A stretch of 64,000 nucleotides of DNA from Gnetum montanum (Eukaryota > Plantae > Gnetophyta), in NCBI GenBank assembly GCA_015680685.1, contig MNCI01001360.1, positions 406,716 through 470,715 on the forward strand. The letters are read 5' to 3'. Shown here in pieces: positions 28,834-41,081 of this stretch. The translations under genes were made by a program, and so were the position numbers. Within the stretch, counting starts at the first letter, position 1. Each line of letters begins with the position of its first letter. The notes beneath the pieces were generated by a model that had not been told where the DNA came from, did no database searches, and was given only the letters and a program-made list of their open reading frames with translations.

Positions 28834-29049
28834 TACCCTCATGAATGCATGAGAACTCATCCTTGAGTGAAGAAAAGAAGGAATAAGTTTTTTACAAAAT
28901 TTTGGAAAGGTATGGAATTATTGACTAACTAATTAACACACACACTAACTCAAACTAACAATCAGTACCCAAGTGTATAGATTTATAACTTTTACAAAAA
29001 TTGATATTCATGATAACAAAATTGAACATCATTACAAAAATTGACAACA

Positions 29050-31900
29050 CTGGTGGCTTGAAGAAAAGGATAAAATCAAATGGTCCCAAATGGTAAAGGT
29101 TCCTAAGGTGCCAAAGGACCTTCTCCTACCTCTAGTAATGCTTCTTATCTTTCACCAATTTTATGGTTGAGGCTGTGGTGATTGTGGTTGTCCTACTATA
29201 GCTACAACTATTGGTGGAGGATAAGAAGCATCCAAAAATCCTTTCATCTTCTTCTCCTTATTTTGAGGATCATACATGGTCTAGAAAACATCACCAATGT
29301 GAACTAGTATAGGAACATCCCATAGATAGGGCATTATAGGGAACAACTCCTTCATGTTGACAAACCAGGTAGTAAATTATTTGCATTTGATGTTGAATGC
29401 TATGATATAATTCTATAGCTTTTGGTAGTCACTTAATCTTCTGGCTAGGTCCTCAAATATTGATTATTGATCTGTGAATCGAGCTTTGAGGACTTCGATT
29501 TTAGCATTGACTTTTTCTAACTTTTACTTTGTTTCCTTGTGATGCTTGAACTCAGCCTTGAACAATAGGTATGAGTTGGTCACCTACTTCTCCAATTTTG
29601 ACATTTGCCTCCTAGGAGTTAACATTGCCAAGTTCACATAATGGAGGTTGGTCAATTCTATGTACTTCATCATCTCCTCAATTTGGAGCTCCTTGAGGCA
29701 AATTTTTGCCTTGTCATATGTGTTTAGCCCATCAAAGATGGGCTACCACATGTCACCTCCATGTTGAAGTTGCTAGAGGATCTCATTGATTTTTGTTTTC
29801 ACTAGTTTGATTTCTTTTTCATTAATTTCCTTTTGAAGGTCAACCTAGTCCCTGTAATGGTTTTTGACCCTTTCAAACTTAAGGGCCTCATTTTTCCAAC
29901 TAGTTATCTCAATTGCAGATGTATGGCGAAGTGCTCAAACTTCCTTCATCGAGAGATTGCAATTTTATATTGCCAACCTCCTTTGGTCCATGGTTATCAT
30001 GATAAGTTTCTCCTACTATTGTCTCATATATTCAACAATCTGGTATTTTTAAAGCTCAACATTGCATATGTGATGATTTTCATTAGTCAGAACTACATTC
30101 TTCTTATGAATCTTTGATAAGTCCTTATTGTTATAAGCCATTGCTGCTATTATGAAATGATCAAAGGCCATGATCTCTGTAGCATTCTTGGCCACTGTAA
30201 GTTTCTCCTAAAGCTATAAGAAAGCTTCAAATATGGTCATAGCTTGCCTAAGAACTATGGATTGGCAAGGTAGGCTCTTAATTCTACAACGTCAGCAACC
30301 AAGCATCAAATTTTAGATGCGGCTACTTTAAGTTGGGCACTGGCAATGATGCATTTTCCCTCAACCTCTAAGAACACCAACTAGATTGTAGTGATGTCAT
30401 CTGAAAGGTTAAAGGCCTCTAGAATCAATTACCTAGTCCCAAAAAGTCATTCCAAAAATTCTTCATGTTGGGCTATGCTAAACCTTCCACTAGCTACTCT
30501 TGTGGATATTTGCACATCTCTGAGTATAGCAATATCTAGCACAAATGCAACAAGAGAATTGAGTGCTTCACCCACTCTATCAACCACCACCTCAGCCATT
30601 GTTTCCTATCTTTGGTGCTGCATCACCAAGACAATTGCCCCCTCACCCTCCTCAAGGTGCACTAATAAGGTAGCGGTGTTTCTAGAGATCTATGAAAATT
30701 GTTATTGTCCTGAAAGGGATACCATTACCTCTCAGGAACTAGGATTCAAGTGCATAGGTGCCTACATTCATTACATAGAAAATAGTGGTGCCATGTCCTC
30801 CAACTAGTAGATGGTATGAATGACCTCATTCAAGTGACTTAGGGATAGTTAGTAGATGTATGGGTCACCACTCAATCTAGCCTATTGCTATTGTAGGAGT
30901 TGCTCATAGATTTTCTACATGTGCTCCATGGTAGCATGAGCCTCTAGTGTTGTTTCATGAGTGGGTGGTGATGGTGGCTGCTCCTCTTCTTACACCTTGG
31001 CTGATACCTTATCTTTCATCATCTATGCCCAAGAGGCAGTAGAATCATGATGAAGGATGTCATTAGAATAGCAAGCTATTTCTTTCCTTTTGCATAATTT
31101 TTGAATCAAGCATAGAAAGGAAGTGCCTTTCTTCCATGCTCATTCTCCTTGAAGCACTTTTTGATTTCTAAGTAGATCAATTGTGGGAGATTGACCTAGA
31201 ATTTCCCACTTAAAGTAGTGCACACACAAGCAAAAAAGGTTGTCACCTTACTTGACCTCAATATTGGATTGAGGTAGGCTGCTATCTTGAAGTATGCTTG
31301 TTTTGCGATTGTGAGTGCACCATATTCTTTATGATCAACTCTATAGCACTAGTAGACCCACTTCTTTTTTACCTCTAGATCTACTTGCATTGAGATTTTT
31401 GCCAAGGTTGTCTCAATCTTTGGCAACTTCATGGCCTAAGAGATGGCATTCACCAAATAGAACACACTAATGTCCTTGATTTTCATAGTGGCACGAACTT
31501 ACCTATTATTATAGGAGAGATAGGTTTCCCCCATGTACCATTCCCCACTATAGGTAAGAATAGGCCACATGGGAGAATTCTATGATCGAGTTTTAAATTC
31601 TTCTAGGGAAAAGTCCAAGAAAGAACCAAAGTTTAGTTCTTAAATAATTACTCATTAAATCTACTTCGCCTTGATTTTCCTTATGCAAACATCACTCAAA
31701 GTGACCTCAAGGTTTGGCGTTGGCCCTAGTGCCCCATCCTGGTGGGATTGCTCTATTTCAACTTTAGGAATCTATCAAACAATTCCACTTGGAGCTCCTC
31801 TTGAAGAGATCCTGTTGCATGTGTTTTGGTTGCTTATTCTTGGGGTTGTTGGCCCCTTCTAGTTTTGGGCTACTTGTCCCTCAATTGAAAAGATCCTACC
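29050..31900 (-). pseudogene. Athila extra (env-like position) ORF remnant with helical/coiled-coil C-terminus
   Basis: Stop-interrupted reading such as FLDFSLEEFK...VFYLVNAIS*AMKLP...VNLPQLIYLEIKKCF, then a K/E-rich stretch. It is in sense to gag and just before the 3' LTR. Confidence 0.55.
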
Positions 31901-33999
31901 TCTACTCCATATTTATCCCTTGATCTATGTGCCATCTGTAATCACAACATGACTAAGGATTAGCATTTGATTTGTAACATGGAGCACTTGAATACCTTGT
32001 CTCTTTGGATTAGTTACACTTTGGCTAAGTTGTGATTATGGTGGATTGATTATTTTCATATTATTTAATATTATTTTATTATTTTCTGACTTAGATGGCT
32101 ACTAGAGTTCATTGGAAAGGTTTAACTCTCATGAGTTAGTGATTTTAATATTATTTTATTGGTTAAACCTTGTGGCAGTTAGAAAATTTCCAAAAACATT
32201 TTCATCAGAAACCTAAGGTTTGTGGCTCCATGACATATAGCTCACCTCCAGTAGCTGTAGAATCAAAGAATGGGGCTAATTGAATAAGTAATTCATGAGT
32301 TATGGGCTTTAGAAGGCTTTGGGTTCTTAAAATGAGAAAAAATCCTTATGTGTTTGAGAGAAATGTGCATAAAAATAACTAAGTGCTCACGTGTGTGTGT
32401 GTGAGAGATTTTTGTATTGTGTCGATGCGATCTTGTCGATGGCGATCACATTGACATAGCTATACGTGAGAAAGTTGCATATGACAAATCTAAGGAAAAC
32501 AAAGAGTTTCTAAATAAAATTGGAGTCCAAAGGAAGCTAGAAAAGCCTAGAACATGATGGAATGAGGGAAGAGAACTAGGATATTCATAAAAAAGAAGAT
32601 TTTTCTTAGAGAATTTTAATTAAGGAGTGTAAAACTAGATGTAATCAACATGGAGTATGAAGGGTTTGAATGCAAAACTGCCTAAGAGATGAGGAACTTA
32701 ACCAACCCAACCAAGCAGTATGTAGGTGGGTCCTCCCCATAGTAGGCTCATGCCCTCAAACTGAGTTCAAGGGCTCCATGGATGATTAATGGTTATGGTT
32801 AGTTAAGAACCAAATCATCAAAGAAACTATCAAAGAACTTTGACATTATCAAACCAAGACATTAAAACAAACATGAGAAAAGGTAGTGAGGTGAGTTATG
32901 GAAAGCATGGATAGATGAAGCAGAGTGTGGAATGAAGTCTTGTATCATGGTTACATGAAGTCCCTTGTGGATTTTGTGGTTAATATGACCTAATAATGTT
33001 CATCCTTAGTCCAAATTAAAACCAATCACTTTCAATGACTTCACATTAATCCTCTTAGACTCATCCACCTTCCAAGGCACAAGAATATCCCCATAGATCA
33101 ATCACCATTCCAAAATAAGAAGAAAAGAGAAGCAAGAAGTGAGATGGGCCTTAGTTAGAGGGGGCCTTCAAGCATGGTTAACATGTCTTTCTATCCCCAT
33201 AACAAGTGCTTGTAGCTTGTTATTTTGTCTAAGGGGTGTGCTTTAGTTCCCATGATTGTTTTATTTTTCTTTTCATATTTTTGTTTTTAATGGGAACCAC
33301 ACCTTGTAAAGACTTTGCTTGTTTTTGATTAACAATGGAATGGTGATAAATCCATGGAAACACTCATGCACCCAAGAGGGTAGGCAAGTACAAAAAGTGT
33401 CAAATTCCTATGAAGTCACAAACTTGTCTATCCATTTTAATCCTTCCCATGTTTGGAAACTACAAAGGTCATAATTTTATTATAAGTTTCATTTTAAGAA
33501 GGGACCTCATACTTTCGAAACAAGGGAACATTATAGAGTTACGTGGATTGGTGAATGACATGGGCTCACTACCTATTATCATGAAAAGAAGCCATGTCTT
33601 AGTTATCAACATTAAAATTCAAAGATAGAATCCAAACATGAGCAATTAAATGACATTATAGTACAAACCATCATCAATTAGTAGCTATAATTGCACCAAG
33701 TCCTAATGGTAATAAAGAAAGAAAAACATAAGAAAAATATAAGAAAAATACAAACCAAATAAAGTAGAATATAGAAAAAATTATAAAATACTCAAGAAAA
33801 AGAAAGCATACTAAGAATGGTGCAAAACAAAAAATGAAAAAGCACTTATTAGTTCTTGGTTCAAGATGGGAAATCTCCCTCATGACTAAGCTCATGACTA
33901 GGACAAGGACTAATAAGTGAGTTGGATGTTCCCACGCATTTTGTGAATGGTTGAGCATTCTTATTTTTGATCCACTGGGTGTCTCTTAGTGTAGTAGCT

Positions 34000-36292
34000 A
34001 CTATGTAGATGTGGTCAAGCACATACATTTTTTTCTTAAGTTTGTTGTGGGTTGGTATAAGGATCGTGTTAACACTTTGAACTTCTAGCCAACAATTACA
34101 TCCTTTTTTATTATTAGTAATGCATGGAGTTTTATGTCTCTCCACAATGATAGGTTAGTCTTTTACATTTTGTGTTGGAGCAATGATAGTTGTTGGCTTT
34201 TGTGTAGGATTGAAAGACATTGTGTCTACAAGGAAGGGTGTTGCACTAGATTGGCCTCGTGCTAGTGTTGATGAGCTAGTAGACCTCCGATTTTTATTCA
34301 CATGAGTGGGAACCATCCTAAAGAAAGGTTGTTTTCAAGACTTTTGTGAAGAACTACTAACATTATTGTTTGCATGTATGTTTAGAGCACAAGTAGCATT
34401 CTTCCATTGAGATTATGGTGCCAAATGTTCCTGCAATATTGGTGGTGGCATATGATGGAGGGAATTACAAGAATAATGAGGATGCAACAAAGGATTAGAG
34501 GTACAAGATGGTGATCTCACTAAAGATGTTGTAGGTTGATGATATTCAAGAGAGTGGTAGTAGTAATTTGAGGTAGAGAAAGTAGAACCAGTTGGAGAAA
34601 TAGGTTGTTGAACATAGTAGCCATGAGGGTTTGGCTAGCAATAAGGGTATTGTTGATATGTTGATTGCCTCACCCATGACAATGGGTTTTGCCATTGCTG
34701 TCGATAGTAGTGTTGAGGTTGATAGGAGGTCCCACTAAGATAGCATTGTTGATTGTAGGACTATTTATAATTACATTGTGAATAGGGCAATCTCCTGGGC
34801 TTTTGCTTTTTTACAAACTTGGGGTTCAAAGAAAAAGCTCTAAACTCTTGAAGATGTAATAGAACTATGCAATAGTCCTTTGGATGATCATATTAGCAAA
34901 TGTTACATTCATCATCCTCTTCTATATTTGAGTTTGTAACCTCTTCAACTACAACCATTTTCCCTTCTTGTTTTGATCACTTGATTCTTTTTGCACTACC
35001 TTCTCTCTTATGATTTCCAAGTAGGTTATAACTTTTTTGTTCATCAACTCCTACATCTTATCTAGCTTTACTTTGATCTCAATGATAGCCTTTTGTATTC
35101 CTAAGGTCTATTGTAAAATCAACCCATCAAGAGCTTCGTCTTTTCCCTTATCATGCATGTGAACATCTCTTGTTTGAGGAGTTGGGTCTTGCTCATATTC
35201 CTCAACACTCTCCCTTTTACATAGCTCTCCTTCTTTTATTACCTATTCTACTAGCCTTTGTATTTGATGGGATTTTAATTCAAATAATTGCCCTTGGGCA
35301 AAGATCCCAAGGTTCTTTCTCATTGAGGTACAAAGCCCATCTATGATGTGGAGAAGCTTCTTTTTTGAAAAAACCCATATCTTGGACATCTATGTTGAAG
35401 AAAATAGTATCTATCTAGGGTCATATCCAAGGGTTCATGACTCCATTGCTTCCATCCTTGGATTTGTTTTCTTCAATTGGACACTCTCTTATAGGTTTGA
35501 TATTTTTCATTGAAGAGCTCAAGCATTGTGAATCATCAGTGGATTGAATCTAGTTCCAACGATCTATACCAACTTTCAACTTCTTCTATTAGTGTCCTAG
35601 GAAAGAACTTAAGCTTTTGCCACTTATTTTCAATGTTCTGCAAGGCACAGACATCATGGAAGGCTTGTAAATGATGTTGTGGATCAGAATTGTAACCACC
35701 CTCAAATCTAGAAATGTTATTCATATCTAATCGTTGGAGGTAGCTTTTCTTTTGATGCCTATAAGGTATTCTAATTACTGCCTGTATCATGCTTCTAGTA
35801 ACAAACAAGGGTTCATTAGCATCAAACATGTCATGGTGATCATCTTTATTTCTATTTGTCTAGTTGCAGTGATCTTGCCTATGCTCATTTTGATGTCTTT
35901 CATCGTGTCCTTGTGTTCTATTTCTATTTTCATCTTGACCTCTTAGTGGAGCTCTATCTCTATTCCTATGTGCATCTTCATTAGAACTAGACATTGAAGA
36001 GGAAGAAGAAGATGGAGAATTGGGAGAATTGCCATGGCTCCTATATCTTTCCCTATGATCCCTTGATGTATCTCTTCTAGATTTAGAGAAGGTCTTAAGC
36101 CTTAAGGCCCTCCATGTTCTAGCGCTTACCTCATCTCCTCTAGGATTGCTTGTGTTAGTTGAACGTAGTCTTTGAGTGTAGTAAGGATCTAAATGAGCAT
36201 ATGAAATCCCTACGTGGGGTTGTTCACTCCAATTTTCTTTAGTATAGTTCCTATCATTTCTCCTATGAGTCTTCTTCTTCACATAGGAACCT
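34000..36292 (-). pseudogene. Athila-like gag
   Basis: FEGGYNSDPQHHLQAFHDVC...KLKFFPRTLIEEVESWYRSL (Retrotrans_gag). Knuckle ECNIC*YDHPKDYC at ~34870-34910. Confidence 0.85.
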
Positions 36293-36630
36293 TCCCCATA
36301 GCCTCTAGAACACCCTAAAGTCATCAAAATAGGCCCAAGACACTCCCAGACATGTCAAAAATACCCTAAGATCATCATCAACAAAACAACACTGAAAGAC
36401 AAACACAACACACAAACATTTATGCACAAACATATTGAGGTTTAGACATGAGCTAGGTGATGATGTCCTCATCATACACTTCAATAGATACTTTTAAAAT
36501 GAAAAAGTTTTTTATTTACATATTATTTTTATGATATTTACAACTGTCAATACGTACTCTGAATTTCCTTTAGTCTTTATTAAATTATAAAGTCCAACAA
36601 AAGTAGCTCACCATTGGCGAGGAAGATAAT

Positions 36631-36648
36631 GAAGTTTCCAGAAGATTC
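36631..36648 (+). promoter_or_regulatory. Perfect four-unit heat-shock element
   Basis: GAAgtTTCcaGAAgaTTC, about 70 bp upstream of the TATA box. A further GAAgcTTC lies at 36679-36686. Confidence 0.7.
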
Positions 36649-36714
36649 ATGGGACAATCCAGGATCCAGAAACCTGTGGAAGCTTCCCCAGCCCTCAGGA
36701 CATCTCATTGAGTG

Positions 36715-36722
36715 TATAAATA
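36715..36722 (+). promoter_or_regulatory. TATA box of the zinc-ribbon gene
   Basis: TATAAATA, 135 bp upstream of the ATG, followed by a GA-rich 5' UTR. Confidence 0.7.
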
Positions 36723-36849
36723 ATCTATCACCGCCGTAATCAGGAATGAACGAAGTCCTTGCTCAGAAGATTGTGGTTGTTCTTTGTCTGGGGTGGCACA
36801 GAGAGAAAGAGAAACAGAGTGGGTAAAGCGAATCGTCAATCAGTGAATC

Positions 36850-37062
36850 ATGTGTTTGGTATTTCACTGCGATGAGGAACAGAGGGTAATAGGATCTCAA
36901 ATGGCTCCCGGAAATTGCCCTTTTTGTGGAGGTGCCATCAGTTGCGTTGATGTGGAGAGCGCATGCAGGTTCTGCTTTGTTCCTCTCTGTTACAAGAACA
37001 AGCGCAGGTACACCTGCACTCGTTGCGGCAGGTCCCTCGCTGTAACCTCCTTCTCGTCATGA
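36850..37062 (+). CDS. Small Cys-rich zinc-ribbon protein (plant MCLVFxCDE family, often mis-annotated as 'methionyl-tRNA synthetase')
   Basis: Intact 70-aa ORF MCLVFHCDEEQRV...PGNCPFCGG...DVES..RFCFVPL..K.KRRYTCTRC with two CxxC pairs. CpG is retained, and a TATA box and T-rich 3' UTR flank it. Confidence 0.92.
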   Translation: MCLVFHCDEEQRVIGSQMAPGNCPFCGGAISCVDVESACRFCFVPLCYKNKRRYTCTRCGRSLAVTSFSS

Positions 37063-38029
37063 ATGAATGAATGAACAATTCATCTAATCTTTTAACTCCA
37101 AATCCCTCGTTAGGGTTTGTACAGCTTCTTTCCTGTTTGTAAATTACTTCGTATCTTATTTTAATCCTATCCTCTCTCGTGTGTAGTTGTTGATTCTATT
37201 ATTCTCTCTTGTGAATCGAATGGCTGTTGTTTCTAATCTATCCGTTTACTGTGCGTGATCGGTGGTTTGCCGACAATTTCTTGATATTGTAATTACGAGT
37301 TGGTAAAAGAAATGGTTTTTTCGTGTGAGGATGAAAATTGATCGACAATTCTCGGATCGTTTATCGAACTAAAGTTTGGTTTGTTCAGTTAGGGTTGTTC
37401 TGCTAAAGAAAGCAGTATTCTGCTCTGACCATTTGCATTTTTACGTTGTGGATTTTAACGTTCCTGCCAAAGTGACAATGCGTGAGAAATCTATCATTTG
37501 AATTCTGTTGACAACTTGTTGACAGTATGTTATTGTTCGAACTGCAATCATTACACAAGATTTGCAATTTAGCAATTTAGCAGCGGCCGTTGGGGAAGGT
37601 TTTGGGCTGAAATATGATGGGCAATTCCCCTTCAAATGGCGATTTGCCGTCATTTGCAGTGATTTCTTCCATTTCCCAGTGTCCCGGCAACGTGAAGTTC
37701 TTTCCGTCAAATTTGCGGGAAGTGTAGCCAACCTCAAGTTGAACTTACAATGGTTTAATGGATGGATGTTTGTTTCACACATAGTTACACATTTAGATTA
37801 TATCGATACTGAAACTTATTCCTTCCTTTAGATCGGTTAAATTCTTTGATTTCGATCACAATTTCGTCGTTGAATTGAATATCGTTTTCAGCCACACATT
37901 TTATTTTTTCGGTTGTATCAATTTTGTTATTTTACTGATGTGATAAATAAAAATTCAAAAACATGATCAGCCAGTTAGGAATGGGACGGAGGAATGGGAT
38001 AGACTTTAATCAGTGATTTTAACTATGAT

Positions 38030-38340
38030 GAAATTGAGTTAGCCTGCTGAGGAAATTGAGAAACAGGAAAATAAAATAGATACCAAGAAATGCATGAGTT
38101 AGGAGGAAATTGAGAAACAGAAATGCATAAGTTAGCATTTAAGAAACAGAAAAATAAAATAGATACTAAGAAATAATTATCTCAAACAAAATAGATACGA
38201 ACAGAAGTAAAATAGAAATGCACGAGTTAGCCTGCAAATGCATGAGTTAGCCTGCTGAGGAAATTGAGAAACAGGAAAATAAAATAGAAATGTATGAGTT
38301 AGCCTGCCAACGAAGTTGAGAAACAGGAAAATTAAATACA
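38030..38340 (+). repeat. Imperfect minisatellite (~50-60 bp unit)
   Basis: Four to five copies of ATGAGTTAGCCTGCTGAGGAAATTGAGAAACAGGAAAATAAAATAGA and variants. Confidence 0.85.
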
Positions 38341-38949
38341 CACCAAATTCCAAACAAAATTGATACCAACAAAAGCAAAAGTAGTTTATCTGAAATCTAT
38401 TGGTCAAAGGGATATTATACTAAAGTTGTAATTCCAAAATTATAGCTGGAATTTTAAACCTCCAGTACACATACCCTCAAATTTTAGCTCAACCTTCAGA
38501 TATTGTATTACTTTCATTGTTTTTGAGGGGTGTTAGAACCTGAAACAAGTGAAATATAGGTACACCCCAAGATATCCAGTTTAATGAAAATTTTATGTAA
38601 CTTAGCATTGCCTATCAGAATCAAACCCATGACCTGAAACCTTATTGTTACTAAGTGCTTTTGGCTTCACACAACATTCATACATGTGAAGTGCATTATA
38701 CATGTGATTTTTTATCTTCATTATATTACCTTCTATTAAAAGTTAAATACGTAAGAGTATCAAAATGTAAGTTGACTAAATATGTTTTTTGTCTACCTCT
38801 TTGTTCCTTTTTCTCAAAGCTTTTTTTGGGAGCAACACATGATTAAATCATAGTTAAACCATGCATGATCAAATAGTTTAAATTGACTTTACTTAAATCT
38901 TCTCATTTATGTATCCTTTCTAGTCACATGTATCTTTGTTTGATTGCAA

Positions 38950-41081
38950 TTTTTTAGAGCTTCCTTTTCAACCTGGCAAGGATTCTACTATATCATAAAG
39001 CACACTATTAGTTTTTTGCCATTTTCTCCATCTTGCTTCAATTCTATGTTACATAATTGTTAATTTCATCATCCAATTGAACCAACATAATCCACTTGAA
39101 CCAAAGACACTTAGTATCTAAATTGCTTACATTGAGAAACTTCCTAAATGTGGATTTTAATATTTGTTTCTTTATGACTTGCTTGTCAATTAAAATGTGC
39201 ACTACATGTATTTTGTTTTATTTTTACTAATCCTCAACACTTTTTACTCTCAGGTGTTTCTTCAAGCCTTCATTTTTTGCAGACTTGCTTAAATTCATCC
39301 ACTAGAACAATATCATTAGCAAAGAGCATACACCATGGGATATCATCTTGATTATATTTGCTTAGTTCAGTCATAATAATGACAAATAAATAAGAGCTTA
39401 GAGTTGATCCTTGGTAGGGCTAAAGTCTCTTTACAGACAAAGTTGTTGCTCTATCATACATGTTTTGAATAGGCTTTATGAATCCAGTAGATCTACCCTT
39501 TCTCTTTTAATGCTTATCAAATAATATTCAACAAAACTCTATCATAAGCTTTCTTCAAGATAGTGAAAATCATATGCAAATTTCTTTCTTAGCCTTGAAT
39601 TTCTCCATCAACAATTGTAGCAAGAAGATAGCTTTCATAGTTGATCTTTCAAGCACAAAACCAAATCAATTCTTTTTAAAAACTATTTCTTGCCCTAAGC
39701 ATTATTTTCTAACCCTTTTCCATAACTTTATGATATGGCTCATAAGGTTGATACCTCAACAATTTTCATAGTTTTGAATATCATTCTTCTTCTTATAGAT
39801 GGGAACTATAGTTCTTCTCTGACCTTTTATCTACTTATGAATCTTGTTTAACAAAGTTATCAAGTAATCCCTATATCTCCTATAGCTTTCCATACCTCTA
39901 TAGAAATGTCATAAGGTCTTGCTACTTTACCATTTGATGAATGGTAGGCACCCCTATGCCCAACCATATGAATAACAAGCATTTACACATGATTTGGTTG
40001 AATTATGTAGATGGGATTAGTTGTGGCATTTGAATTGTCAAGCATTGATTGCAAGATGTTGTCTTCCCACTTGGACTAGTGATAGCTTTGTTATGTATGG
40101 TTTAGTCCAAAGTGAAGCATATGATAATTGATGTTATTTGACCTTTAATACTCTTAGTTGTAAACATGATGAAAGTTGAGAATAAAAATATAAATTTAAT
40201 GATAGTAATGTAAATGTACTCTAGCCTAGCGTGATGAGCATCTGGTCTTGGCTTACTGTACATGTCTTGGCTCATATAAACATTATTAGGTTGCCAAGCA
40301 TTATTTTACTGGGTGAACCAAGCAATAACACTACCAGGATTACCAAACGATTACACTTAAATGCTCAAAACTAGTTGTACTCATTTTTCTTATGAACAAG
40401 TAAAATACTTGAAAATGTAAATGATTAAACTATGAAAAAAAAACTATGCTAAGTAAAATAGCAAAACTAAGTGGATGCTGTAATGATGAAAAGCAATCTT
40501 GATCTTTATTTTTGGACATGAACTGTGCTCAAGTATACTTCACTCAAATAAAGATTCTATATAATTGCTTAACACCACAATGTAAGCATCCACTTTATTG
40601 CTAAAACTACAAAACAAAACCACAAGAATCTAATTAAGGATGGAATGAAAGTTATTCGAATCATGCACTAAGTGTTGTATTTATAAGTAGGGATGCATCC
40701 CACAATATCAAATATCCAATGTTGTAGCTTGTACTCTGATATCGGATATGCAATATCGTAGTTGATTAAAAATTGACTTTTTTCATGAAACACATGCGAT
40801 GTAGCATCTACAATGTAGCAACCAATTGCGGCATATTGATAGGGATGCTACAACACATTCTTAGCCAACTAATGATTTATCACCATTCTTCATCTTTAGA
40901 AGTGCTTTCTCACCTTTAAAGGTAAAAGCACAATTTGTCATTGCTACATTTGATTCCATGTCTTCATCTTTGGGAAGTTCTTTGTTAAGTAGCCCCTAAA
41001 ATAGATCTTCCATTGCTCCAAGATTTTCTTATTTGAGAATATGGAGCAGGTTCAATTCAATAATAAATCAACTTCCAATAC
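38950..41081 (-). mobile_element. RTE-clade LINE reverse-transcriptase remnant, split by a solo LTR
   Basis: Minus-strand EKALLKMKNG|KVARPYDISIEVWK is continuous across the solo LTR. YQGSTLSSYLFVIIM and PWCMLFAND match the RTE consensus HQGSALSPYLF and PWCMLFADD. Confidence 0.85.
39935..40882 (-). mobile_element. Athila-like solo LTR
   Basis: TGATGA...TTATCA ends; perfect TSD CCATT at 39930-39934 and 40883-40887; homologous to 27972-28833. Confidence 0.88.

Larger units (their letters stand above)
27972..36292 (-). mobile_element. Athila-like element lacking pol (gag plus extra ORF), 5' end deleted
   Basis: 3' LTR 27972-28833 (TGATGA...TCATCA). gag ~34000-36290. Extra ORF ~29050-31900. Spacer homologous to 1-1620. 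No RT or integrase between gag and the spacer. Confidence 0.75.
22308..36474 (-). mobile_element. CRM-like chromovirus (Ty3/Gypsy), interrupted by Athila
   Basis: 3' LTR ~22308-23498 with TGATG terminus and adjacent PPT AAGGATGGGAGAGA. 5' LTR remnant 36293-36474 matches 23318-23498. Candidate TSD TACAC at 22303-22307 and 36475-36479; the left boundary lacks a clear TG. Confidence 0.75.

Noticed and set aside
37441-37831. 113-aa and 89-aa ORFs
   Set aside because: No homology or coding signature.
38585-38680. tRNA/SINE-like box B remnant (GGGTTTGATTC on the minus strand)
   Set aside because: Too degenerate; no cloverleaf, box A or TSD could be established.
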